Origin: Anaerovoracaceae bacterium
GTDB taxonomy: Bacteria; Spirochaetota; Spirochaetia; Sphaerochaetales; Sphaerochaetaceae
Length of the DNA stretch: 34,504 nt
Assembly (NCBI GenBank): GCA_963587105.1
Contig: CAVACS010000003.1
Coordinates: 1 to 34,504 of the forward strand
Reading direction: 5' to 3'
The translations under genes were made by a program, and so were the position numbers. Shown piece after piece: positions 26,592 to 34,504 of this stretch (position 1 is its first letter; the number at the start of each line of letters is the position of its first letter). The notes beneath the pieces were generated by a model. It was not told the origin of the DNA and ran no database searches. It worked only from the letters and a program-made list of their open reading frames with translations.

Positions 26592-27880
26592 TTCTCCTCG
26601 GCCCCCCTGTACACAAGATCGACAAGGTCGTCTATCTTTTCCTTCTCGACAGAGCAGAATGCAAGCCTTAGAGTCTTATGCATTATGTTGATCGCCCCTA
26701 TCTGATACTTCTCCAGAAGATGCACTCTCAATTCCTCGGCATCATGCCCGTTCGTGCTGAAGGCCATGAAGTAGCCGGAGTTGAAGGGATAGGCTGTAAG
26801 CGCCCTGCTCTCTGAGTGTCTTTCGACTGCTTTCTTCATCAGGACATATCTCTCGTTCATCTTGTCGAAAAGATACTTCTTGTCCTTCTCGTAGTTCACG
26901 CCGTCCCTCATCGCCCTGAGAAGCAGGGACTGCCCGGGTCTGTCGCAGTTGGAGACGGTGCATCTTATTGCTCCGAGAGTCTTCTTCTCGAGAGCTTCAA
27001 GGGCCTTGTCGTCCATCCCCTTCCCGCCGTATGTCAGAAATCCTATTCTGAAGCCCCAGACCATCTCCTCCTTCGTCGCCGCATCGCCCTTGACTGCAAG
27101 GATGTTCTCGTGAGCATCACAGAGGAACGCAAAGAGGCTCTCCTTCTCCGTCTCCTCCTCGTAGAAGAGGCCGTAGTAGGCATCGTCCGAGATGACGAGG
27201 ATCTTCTTTCCTGTATCTGCAACTTCCTTCACAGCCATTACTATATCTTCAGCTTCCTTCTTTGAGGGGGAATAGCCCGTGGGATTGTTGGGGAAGTTGA
27301 GAATGAGGCGTGCGCTCCCGCCCTTTGTCTCAAGGAGGGCCTTCTTCATTCCTTCGGTGTTGAAGCCGCCGCCGGAGAACATCGGAAATGTTTTCAGCTT
27401 CCCGCCGCCGTAGTTCTCGAAGATAAGCTCGTAGTTGTCCCAGAAGAGATCGGGGCATACGATTTCGTCACCCTTGTCGACGAACATGAAGGCCAGCAGT
27501 GATATCGAATGAGTGAGACCTCCCGTGACAAGTGATCCGCTTGTCTTCTTTCCCCTGAGAGTCGGATTCTTCTCCTCCATCCTCTCCTTCCAGAGAGCTC
27601 TCAGCTCCTTATCCCCGCCGCCCGGGGCATATGAGAAGATCTCCGTCTTTTTGAGGGAGCCCGGAACAAAGCTTGAGTAGATGTCGCTGAGACAGAACGG
27701 CTCACCGTTATCTGTTGCAAGGCCCACAGTCGCATTGTAGCGCTTTGCCTTTCCCGCAGCCTCTGCAGACTGCGCGACTATCCCCTTGGGAAAATAGATT
27801 CCCCTTCCCCTCTCCGAGAGCAGTGCTTCTGCCGCCGTACCCTTCAGAGCCTGGTTGAGTTCGAGTGCCAGTTCGTTCAT
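26582..27880 (-). CDS. Class I/II PLP-dependent aminotransferase (aspartate/aromatic-like)
   Basis: 432 aa, with 'NFPNNPTGYSPS', 'VISDDAYYGLFYEE' and a Lys context 'ATKEEMVWGFRIGF' typical of fold-type I aminotransferases. Confidence 0.8.
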   Translation of the reverse strand: MNELALELNQALKGTAAEALLSERGRGIYFPKGIVAQSAEAAGKAKRYNATVGLATDNGEPFCLSDIYSSFVPGSLKKTEIFSYAPGGGDKELRALWKERMEEKNPTLRGKKTSGSLVTGGLTHSISLLAFMFVDKGDEIVCPDLFWDNYELIFENYGGGKLKTFPMFSGGGFNTEGMKKALLETKGGSARLILNFPNNPTGYSPSKKEAEDIVMAVKEVADTGKKILVISDDAYYGLFYEEETEKESLFAFLCDAHENILAVKGDAATKEEMVWGFRIGFLTYGGKGMDDKALEALEKKTLGAIRCTVSNCDRPGQSLLLRAMRDGVNYEKDKKYLFDKMNERYVLMKKAVERHSESRALTAYPFNSGYFMAFSTNGHDAEELRVHLLEKYQIGAINIMHKTLRLAFCSVEKEKIDDLVDLVYRGAEEKWS

Positions 27881-27960
27881 ATTGCCTCCGCTTAAGAAAA
27901 AATATTAGGAACAAGAATATTTAATAGTTGCCCGCTTTGCTACCGGATAATTCAATTTTT

Positions 27961-30069
27961 TCAAAAAAGATATCCCTGTCCGTCGACGTCGGGGTCCGTT
28001 TTCTTCCCCTCCTGTCCCAGAAGAGATAAGAATTCCTCCTCGCTGACGATCTTCACGCCGTTTCTGACGGCATCGGCCATCTTGCCTCCTCCCCCTTTCC
28101 CTGCAAGAAGGTGTGTAGTCCTGCCTGTAACGGAGCTCACTGTTCTGCCGCCCCGCTTCTCCACCTCGTCCATCGCCTTAGACCGCGGGTTGAAATGCTC
28201 GAACGAGCCCGTGACGCACCATACCTCGCCGGCAAAGATCTGCGCCAGGTCCTCTTCGTCCTTCCTGTCCATGTCGAGGGAGAAATGGAGGCCGTGTGAT
28301 CTGAGAGAGAGAACCATCTTCATAAAGTTCCCGTCCCTGAATGTCCTTATGATATTCTGAGCCGTCTCCTCTCCCATCCCCTTGATCGAGGTGAAAGCCG
28401 TACTGTCGCCGGCGACTGCCTTCTCGATTATCCTGTCAATGCTGTCGAAGCCTCCCGAGATCAGGATCTCGGCACTCTTCTTTCCGATTTCGGGAATGCC
28501 GAGAGATGCAAGCACAGTCCTGTAGGGCTGTTCCTTCGACTTCGCGACGCTCTCTATTATCGCATCAACTGTCTTCTCCCCGATGCCGGGACCGATGGCC
28601 GCTCTGTAATCTGCGGTATATATATCCTCGACATCCCTGAGGATATTCATCTCATAGAGGACATCGATGGTCTTCGGACCGAGGGTTTCGATATCCATCT
28701 GGTCGCGCGAGGAGAAGAAGGAGAGTCTCCCCTTCGCCTGGTCGGGGCAGTTGTAGTTGGGACAGAAGAGATGTGCGCCCTTCTTCACGAGAGGGGTCTT
28801 GCAGCAGGGACAGAAGGAAGGAAGACGGTACGTGGTGTTGCCATCCTCGTTCTTCTCGATGACCTCCTCTACAGCGGGAATGACATCGCCGCGCTTTGTA
28901 ATCGAGACGGTGTCGCCTATGCTGAGCTCGAGCTCGTCTATGTACTCCTGGTTATGGAGTGTCGCCCTCCTCACCGTCGAGCCGCCGATATGTACAGCTT
29001 CAATCTCGGCAACAGGTGTTATCCTCCCCGTCCGGCCGACCTGGCATGTTATTCCCTTCAGCTTCGACTGCGCACGCGGGGACTCGAACTTGTATGCAAT
29101 CGCCCACCGCGGATGGTGAACGGTGTAGCCGAACTTCTCCCTGACGCCGAGCTCGTTGATCTTGAAGACAAGACCATCTATCTCATGGTCAAGAGTGGGC
29201 CTCTTCTCCGTCATGAGCTCTATGTACTCCGAAAGGGAAGAGAAGCTGTATGCCCTTCCCTCCCCCAGGCCTGCGTCCGCAAGGCCCTTCTCTGCCTCTT
29301 CGACTGTGCGTGCGATATATGCAAAGTCCGGGTTGATACGGAAGCCCAGATCCCTGAGCTTTTTAAGAATGTGGAGATGGTCGGAAGGAGTCAGACTCTG
29401 GTCGCTCCAGAAGCCTTCATAGCAGTACATGTCGAGTGGCACCCGTGCCGCCTCGCTGCTCTTCTGCCGCCTTACGGTTCCGGCAGCAAGATTACGGGGA
29501 TTGGCAGCTCTCTCATCCTCGGAAAGCATGCTGTTCACCCTCTCGAAGTCGGCCTTCGGAAGATATACCTCTCCTCTGACGGCAAGGTCGATCTTTTCGG
29601 GAAGCTCAAGGGGGATGGACGGGATTGTGACGATGTTGGGAGTGACATCATTCCCGACAGCCCCGTTACCGCGGGTCACCGCACGGGTAAGGATTCCGTC
29701 CTCGTAGTAGAGCACCATCGATATTCCGTCGATCTTCTCCTCGGCCACGAAGCTCAGCTCCCCGCCCTCCTTTTCGATGGAACGCGAGAAGAACGAGAGG
29801 ACCTCATCCTTCGAATAGGCCTTGTCGAGCGAGAGTACGGGAATAGAGTGTTCCACTTCCGGAAAGTCGGCAGTGAGGTCGGAGCCCACACGTCTTGTCG
29901 GAGAAGAGGGAGACGCATACTCCGGATGCTCCTTCTCAAGGCTTATCAAAGTGTCCGTGAGTCTGTCGTATTCACTGTCCGAGACGAGGGATTTCCCTTC
30001 CTTATAATATGTATCCTGATAAAGCCGCAGCCTTTCTGTCAGGCTCTGCATCTCTTCTTTTATATCCAT
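27961..30069 (-). CDS. ligA: NAD+-dependent DNA ligase
   Basis: 702 aa. Adenylation motif 'KIDGIS', OB fold, Zn finger 'CPCCKTPLVKKGAHLFCPNYNCP', HhH repeats and a C-terminal BRCT domain. Confidence 0.96.
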   Translation of the reverse strand: MDIKEEMQSLTERLRLYQDTYYKEGKSLVSDSEYDRLTDTLISLEKEHPEYASPSSPTRRVGSDLTADFPEVEHSIPVLSLDKAYSKDEVLSFFSRSIEKEGGELSFVAEEKIDGISMVLYYEDGILTRAVTRGNGAVGNDVTPNIVTIPSIPLELPEKIDLAVRGEVYLPKADFERVNSMLSEDERAANPRNLAAGTVRRQKSSEAARVPLDMYCYEGFWSDQSLTPSDHLHILKKLRDLGFRINPDFAYIARTVEEAEKGLADAGLGEGRAYSFSSLSEYIELMTEKRPTLDHEIDGLVFKINELGVREKFGYTVHHPRWAIAYKFESPRAQSKLKGITCQVGRTGRITPVAEIEAVHIGGSTVRRATLHNQEYIDELELSIGDTVSITKRGDVIPAVEEVIEKNEDGNTTYRLPSFCPCCKTPLVKKGAHLFCPNYNCPDQAKGRLSFFSSRDQMDIETLGPKTIDVLYEMNILRDVEDIYTADYRAAIGPGIGEKTVDAIIESVAKSKEQPYRTVLASLGIPEIGKKSAEILISGGFDSIDRIIEKAVAGDSTAFTSIKGMGEETAQNIIRTFRDGNFMKMVLSLRSHGLHFSLDMDRKDEEDLAQIFAGEVWCVTGSFEHFNPRSKAMDEVEKRGGRTVSSVTGRTTHLLAGKGGGGKMADAVRNGVKIVSEEEFLSLLGQEGKKTDPDVDGQGYLF

Positions 30070-30133
30070 GGGGATATATTAGCATAGATTCGGCTTTATT
30101 CTGAACAGTTCAATAACCTTTCTTTCAGATACC

Positions 30134-30357
30134 TCAGAACCAGTCGCAGTCACCGCTGATGTCGCTCTCGTCAATCCAGATGTCGAGATTGTCATTTATC
30201 GTCTCAAGAACGTATTCAAGACACACTTCATCGGCTTTCTTGTAAGCATACATGCTCTTGTAGAACTTCTTGATGCTCACTGCTCTTTGAGAAGAAAGTA
30301 TACATGATGACGGCAGCGTGATAAACAGAAAGCAGACGATACTGACAAAAATGACAT
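30134..30357 (-). pseudogene. Small secreted/lipoprotein-like ORF disrupted at, or phase-variable through, a homopolymer tract
   Basis: The ATG at 30357 opens a 26-codon frame (MSFLSVSSAFCLSRC...). The -1 frame has no start codon but runs 30134-30350 and encodes '...VIFVSIVCFLFITLPSSCILSSQRAVSIKKFYKSMYAYKKADEVCLEYVLETINDNLDIWIDESDISGDCDWF*'. Adding one T to the T5 run (the A-run at 30347-30351 on the plus strand) fuses them into a 74-aa protein with a signal peptide and a lipobox-like LPSSC. Confidence 0.35.
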
Positions 30358-30426
30358 TCTTCTTCTCTCTCTCGCGCGCCTCAACTTTTATTGCACTTGA
30401 TTTATAAGAAGTGTTATCTTATTTCC

Positions 30427-32385
30427 ATGGCAGATCGCAAGAATTTCTCAAGATACAACATGAGATGCGGCATGGTGCTGAGATCACAAACGGCAGACGT
30501 CTCTCTAGACGGCTTCGAGCTGCCGTCCCTCGATAACAGGTTCCTCGTTCTGAAGGCTGAAGATATCCCCGGAGAGAACGCTATGTACATCATGGGAACG
30601 AAGATTCCCCTTCTCGCAGACGGGTACATCTCATATGTAGGACAGCCTCTTCTGGTCCTTTTCGGACCCGACTATGAAAGCACCGAGCTTGCACTTGAAA
30701 AGGTGAAGGTTCTCACCTCCCCCGTCAGGGATGACACAGTAAGATCTGATGCCGAGGCTCCGGACCCGCTTTTCTTCAGCTGGGGACTCGACAACGAGGA
30801 CGAGACGGAGAAAGAGAAGCAGAGTCTCAGGAAAGTCGAATCAAATCTGAATATAATTCCCGAAGATATAAAGAGCTATGTGCGCTATGACGTACTGTCG
30901 TGGGTTGAAAACAACGGCTCAATACACACACAGTGCCCGACTCAGTGGGCCGATCTCGTGAAAAAAAGCGTGGCAGGTGCGACCGGGAGAAATGCAGAGA
31001 GCATAGTCGTCCACAGCGAAAAGTATCTCTCGCGCTATGACGAGTTCCTCCTCACCCCCGCCCTCTTTGCCGCCTACACATCTATTGCCGTGGAGAAGTT
31101 CAAACTCCCCTGTGAGATGAGACCGGAGAGCTGGTCGAAGAGAACCAGCTTCGACTTCTCACTCACGACATGGCTTGATGCAGAGAGCAGGCCCAAGCAT
31201 GAGGAGATAACAATCACCGTCGACCAGGGAGCATTTGCCATCAACGGAAAGGAGGTCCAGCGTCAGCTTATGGCCGCCCTTATTCCGAAGTACAATCTTG
31301 ATTCCTTCAAGGTCCTCATAAGGACCGTGCTCTCCGACAGAAGACCGACACTCTTTGCAGGCTCTGCTGTCTATTCGGCCGCCGTATCGGCTGTGAGCAT
31401 GCACTCCTCGAGGCTTGCATCCAGAACACTCACGACGCCCCTCAGGTTCGCACTCATCACAAACAGGGAGACAACGAAGTTCACAGACTGGGCTCCGAAG
31501 CACGACATAACGGATCTCAATGAAAGAATGAAGAGTGTCGCCGAGGCATCGGACTACGAGAGGAAGTGGTCGGCGGCGTCACTGCACTCGGGAGTCTTCG
31601 GTCTCCAGGGCTATCTCTACGGAATCGGGCTCTCGTCAGGGCTCTCGGTATCGGGATTCTCGACATCGTTTGCAAAGGAGAACCAGTTCCAGGCCCAGAT
31701 TTCATATACGCAGAAGAAGAACATCGCAGTATCGGGAAGCATCCCTTACTCGATATCACAGGACAAGACGCTCAGGGACCTCATATCGCAGTACTTCGTC
31801 AAGAGCGATGCCGGCGACAGCATCCTCTTTCTGGAGAACTATCCGAAGGCTCCGGACAGCGGTCCCGATGTTCTCTCGTCATATCAGACAATATTCCTTA
31901 CCCAGCTCATGAAAGCGGCGTCGAAGCTTGCCTCGCTGATGGACAACGGGCCGGTGGACCTGAAATTCAATTCGCAGAATCTCGCACTCCCGTGTGAGTT
32001 CGAATACTCCGGCTACGGTGCATCTGTCTGCGAGATAACAATCCCGAAGGTCTCCCTCGTACCGGTAGCGAAGAGGCTCTGGATAGACATGGCCCTCGCA
32101 CTTCCCTACTCGAAGGGGGCACAGCAGAAGATAAAGACGATAGCGACCGAAACTCTGTCAACCCTCGGAGCAGAGCTCTCGGATACATTCTCCATCGGAA
32201 TCAGACTCTCGAGCGAGAAGAAGGAGACTACGGTTTATTCGTCACTCGAGAACACGACGAGGTTCCTCGTCACATCGGCATACATCACGGCCCTCTGGCA
32301 GGCCCTCGGCGAGAAGAGCGCTCTCTCTGTTCCTCTCGACGCCGTCAGACTTGAGAAATACATATCGGGAGGAAAGGACAAGTGA
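30427..32385 (+). CDS. Xanthine dehydrogenase/aldehyde oxidase-family large-subunit homologue lacking recognisable molybdopterin-binding signatures
   Basis: The N-terminal a/b-hammerhead pattern is clear: 'GMVLRSQTADVSL...LVLKAEDIPGEN...ADGYISYVGQPLLVLFGPDYESTELALEKVKV'. 'TQCP' is retained. Where GGGFGGK is expected, the sequence reads 'VVHSEKYLSRYDEF'. No GGxFG or R-G-x-G motif occurs anywhere, and no GE-P catalytic-Glu context occurs near the C-terminus. The protein is only ~650 aa. Start is the ATG at 30427 (the ORF-track TTG is at 30391). Confidence 0.6.
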   Translation: MADRKNFSRYNMRCGMVLRSQTADVSLDGFELPSLDNRFLVLKAEDIPGENAMYIMGTKIPLLADGYISYVGQPLLVLFGPDYESTELALEKVKVLTSPVRDDTVRSDAEAPDPLFFSWGLDNEDETEKEKQSLRKVESNLNIIPEDIKSYVRYDVLSWVENNGSIHTQCPTQWADLVKKSVAGATGRNAESIVVHSEKYLSRYDEFLLTPALFAAYTSIAVEKFKLPCEMRPESWSKRTSFDFSLTTWLDAESRPKHEEITITVDQGAFAINGKEVQRQLMAALIPKYNLDSFKVLIRTVLSDRRPTLFAGSAVYSAAVSAVSMHSSRLASRTLTTPLRFALITNRETTKFTDWAPKHDITDLNERMKSVAEASDYERKWSAASLHSGVFGLQGYLYGIGLSSGLSVSGFSTSFAKENQFQAQISYTQKKNIAVSGSIPYSISQDKTLRDLISQYFVKSDAGDSILFLENYPKAPDSGPDVLSSYQTIFLTQLMKAASKLASLMDNGPVDLKFNSQNLALPCEFEYSGYGASVCEITIPKVSLVPVAKRLWIDMALALPYSKGAQQKIKTIATETLSTLGAELSDTFSIGIRLSSEKKETTVYSSLENTTRFLVTSAYITALWQALGEKSALSVPLDAVRLEKYISGGKDK

Positions 32386-32861
32386 AGATAGACTGTACAG
32401 TGGACGGAAAGACACTCACTCTCTCCCTCAACTCCAACAAACCTCTTTCCCTCATACTCCAGGAGAACCTGGATGTACAGACGCTCTCCTCACACTGCAG
32501 GGGAAAGCTCTGCGGACTGTGTGCAGTCCTCATCGACGGCAGGGCGGAACTGTCATGCATGGTTCCGGCCTTCGAGCTCAGAGGAAAGAACATCACGACA
32601 TTCGATCAGTTCCAGAAGACGAGGAACATGAAGGACATAGCGAAGGCCTATGAGATGCTGGGAGTCGAGCCCTGTCAGGACTGCTATGCATCACGCTCCA
32701 TCATCTTCGAGAGCATACTCAATTCCGGAGAGACCAGCCCCTCCGAGATAAAGCGTATCCTCAGCGCCGTCAGATGCTCGTGCATGGAGAGCGATGACGA
32801 AGTCAATATCGTCATGAAGGCCATGGAAATAAGGAGAAAGAGAAATGTACGAAGGTCTTAA
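32382..32861 (+). CDS. [2Fe-2S]-binding small subunit of an XDH/CODH-family enzyme
   Basis: 159 aa. Both cluster patterns are kept: 'HCRGKLCGLCAVLIDG...LSC' (C-x4-C-x2-C...C) and 'PCQDC...VRCSC' (C-x2-C...C-x-C). The GTG start overlaps the upstream stop as GTGA, with a GGAGG Shine-Dalgarno. Confidence 0.8.
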   Translation: MKIDCTVDGKTLTLSLNSNKPLSLILQENLDVQTLSSHCRGKLCGLCAVLIDGRAELSCMVPAFELRGKNITTFDQFQKTRNMKDIAKAYEMLGVEPCQDCYASRSIIFESILNSGETSPSEIKRILSAVRCSCMESDDEVNIVMKAMEIRRKRNVRRS

Positions 32862-33774
32862 CTCCCCCTCAATCCACATTCCGGCAACCCTCTCCGAATA
32901 CAGCCAGACTGCACTGCGCTACCCTAATGCAAAGATCTGGGCGGGCGGAACCGCGATAATGAGCAGGGACAGGAACTATCCCTCCCGCGAGACCAACCCG
33001 GAGGTCGTCTACCTCGATTCAATCGAGGAACTCAAGAAGATATCGAGAAACGACAGGATGATAGAGGTCGGCTCGATGGTATCTCTCAACTCCGTTCTCA
33101 AGGATCACAGGATATTCATCCCCCAGATTCTCATCGAGAATATCGAGGCCATCGGAAGTCCGCTGCTCACGGCAAGGGCGACTATCGGCGGCGCAATAGC
33201 GACGACAGCACCGATGACGACGCTCCCCGGCACCCTCATCACCCTCGGCGCCAACGCCGAAGTGAGGACGCTCAAGCGCAAGATGGTCAAATCGAAATGG
33301 ACCCCTATATCACAGCTGGTGAACGTCCTCAAGAACGGCCAGATATCACTGCCGGCGAGAGCTGTGATCACAAGAGTGAGAGTTCTTCTCGCCTCCTCTG
33401 ACTACTCCTACTTCAGGGAGGAGGGAAGCTATGTCGACGACATCGACAACACCGTCGCCGTCGCATTCACGGCATCGGAAGGTCAGGAGACTCTGATCAA
33501 CCCCCATATCGCGATAACATTCCCGATGCAGGGCATCGTCTACTCCAAGGACCTCGATAACGTCCTCACGCAGCTGCACTTCCCCCTCACGGGACAGGAC
33601 CTGGGCCAGTTCCTGCAGATTACGTACACCTTCGTGAACTCCGTAACTCCCTCCATCACAAGGCTCCAGAAGGCAAGGCTGAACTATATCATCGAAGACC
33701 TGATGAACAACATCAACACTAAGGTTCTGGCTCCGGCTCCTTTCGAGGGCGACCAGAAGGAAGGTATTAATTGA
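32845..33774 (+). CDS. FAD-binding (CoxM/XdhB-like, FAD_binding_5) medium subunit of an XDH/CODH-family enzyme
   Basis: 309 aa, with 'IWAGGTAIM' (AGGT motif), 'ATIGGAIAT' (TIGGN-like) and the layout 'SIEELKKISRNDRMIEVGSMVSL'. An AAGGAG Shine-Dalgarno precedes the start, which overlaps the small-subunit gene by 17 nt. Confidence 0.8.
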   Translation: MYEGLNSPSIHIPATLSEYSQTALRYPNAKIWAGGTAIMSRDRNYPSRETNPEVVYLDSIEELKKISRNDRMIEVGSMVSLNSVLKDHRIFIPQILIENIEAIGSPLLTARATIGGAIATTAPMTTLPGTLITLGANAEVRTLKRKMVKSKWTPISQLVNVLKNGQISLPARAVITRVRVLLASSDYSYFREEGSYVDDIDNTVAVAFTASEGQETLINPHIAITFPMQGIVYSKDLDNVLTQLHFPLTGQDLGQFLQITYTFVNSVTPSITRLQKARLNYIIEDLMNNINTKVLAPAPFEGDQKEGIN

Positions 33775-34504
33775 GCAACTTTGTACACCTGCACAACCAT
33801 ACGGACTTCTCGCTCCTGGACGGTGCGGCATCGATTCCGAAATATATAGCGAAATGCAAGGAAACGGGGATGAAGGCCCTCGCCATAACGGACCACGGCA
33901 ACATGTACGGGGCCGTCACATTCTACAAGGAATGCCGGGCCGCCGGCATCAACCCCCTTGTCGGATGCGAGTTCTACTACACCCATGACCGCCGTGTCAA
34001 GGACAGCACCTCCAAGTATTTCCACCTTATCCTCATCGCAATGTCGGACAAGGGCTACCACAATCTCATGGAGCTGAACTCCATCGCATGGAAGGAAGGT
34101 TACTACTACAAGCCCAGGATCGACGACGAGGCTCTTTCATCACACAGCGAGGATCTCATCTGCCTCTCGGCCTGCCTTGCCGGCGAGATACCGCGTCTCA
34201 TCATCCAGAACAACATCGAGGAGGCGAAGAGGAGAATCGGATGGTTCAAATCGGTATTCGGTGACCGCTACTACCTCGAGCTCCAGGACCACGGACTGGA
34301 TGAGGACAAGATTGTTCTGAAGACACTGCCCGTACTTGCAAAGGAGATGGACGTCCCGCTTGTATGCACGAACGACATCCACTACATCGAAAAGTCAGAC
34401 TCCAATGCCCACGACACGCTCATATGCATCGGAACGCAGGCGAAGAAGACCGACAAGGAAAGATTGAGATACAAGGAAGGAGAGTTCTACTTCCGAACCC
34501 CCGA
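33771..34504 (+). CDS. dnaE: DNA polymerase III alpha subunit, N-terminal PHP domain (3' end truncated by the window edge)
   Basis: This ORF is absent from the ORF track because it is open at the window end. Translation gives 'SNFVHLHNHTDFSLLDGAASIPKYIAKCKETGMKALAITDHGNMYGAVTFYKECRAAGINPLVGCEFY...YYLELQDHG...NDIHY'. The only start that keeps the PHP motif is the TTG at 33771, because a TAA lies immediately upstream in frame. This TTG overlaps the FAD-subunit stop as TTGA, with a GAAGGAAGG Shine-Dalgarno. Confidence 0.9.
   Translation, partial: MSNFVHLHNHTDFSLLDGAASIPKYIAKCKETGMKALAITDHGNMYGAVTFYKECRAAGINPLVGCEFYYTHDRRVKDSTSKYFHLILIAMSDKGYHNLMELNSIAWKEGYYYKPRIDDEALSSHSEDLICLSACLAGEIPRLIIQNNIEEAKRRIGWFKSVFGDRYYLELQDHGLDEDKIVLKTLPVLAKEMDVPLVCTNDIHYIEKSDSNAHDTLICIGTQAKKTDKERLRYKEGEFYFRTP

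Noticed and set aside
27881-27960. Inverted repeat AAATATT-N11-AATATTT upstream of the aminotransferase operon, considered as a possible operator.
   Set aside because: It is AT-only, short and expected by chance in an AT-rich promoter region. It resembles no regulator motif encoded in the window (Rex, ArgR).

Overview
A 34.5-kb chromosomal window that is almost entirely core metabolism and information processing. There is no CRISPR array, intact mobile element, rRNA or tRNA. From remembered protein similarity (GroEL N-terminus, groEL without an adjacent groES, trimeric [FeFe]-hydrogenase), the source looks like a Treponema-like spirochaete; this is inference, not a search result.

Gene order:
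- Minus strand, 186-11299: HAD-IIB hydrolase, pgsA, M32 carboxypeptidase, thrS (with a T-box leader), rex, ispH, yajC, groEL, a decayed ATPase pseudogene, a DUF92 membrane protein, and a COG0170 prenol-kinase-like protein.
- Plus strand, 11520-17264: argR, pgi, DUF1846, an alpha/beta hydrolase lacking its nucleophile Ser, and a PrsW-like protease.
- Minus strand, 17261-30357: a Gfo/Idh/MocA-like protein, a candidate small RNA or attenuator, a 163-aa hypothetical, hydA-hydB-hydC (bifurcating-type [FeFe] hydrogenase), an MM3350-like protein, a phosphofructokinase, a ModE-N-like wHTH protein, an aminotransferase, ligA, and a frameshifted small lipoprotein-like ORF.
- Plus strand, 30391 to the window end: a xanthine-dehydrogenase-like large/[2Fe-2S]/FAD trio followed by dnaE (3' end cut by the window).

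Many junctions are overlapping start/stop codons (ATGA, TGATG, GTGA, TTGA), which implies tight operons.

The most unusual items:
1. The XDH-like trio, whose large subunit lacks the molybdopterin signatures and whose last gene is translationally coupled to dnaE.
2. A promoter-plus-terminator-bounded ~90-nt RNA with two exposed CCUCCUUUU motifs.
3. An adjacent COG0170/DUF92 (VTE5-like/VTE6-like) kinase pair in a non-phototroph.
4. pgsA fused by ATGA to a HAD phosphatase.
5. A T-box on thrS in an apparently non-Firmicute background.

All family assignments rest on motifs read by eye. No database search was run.
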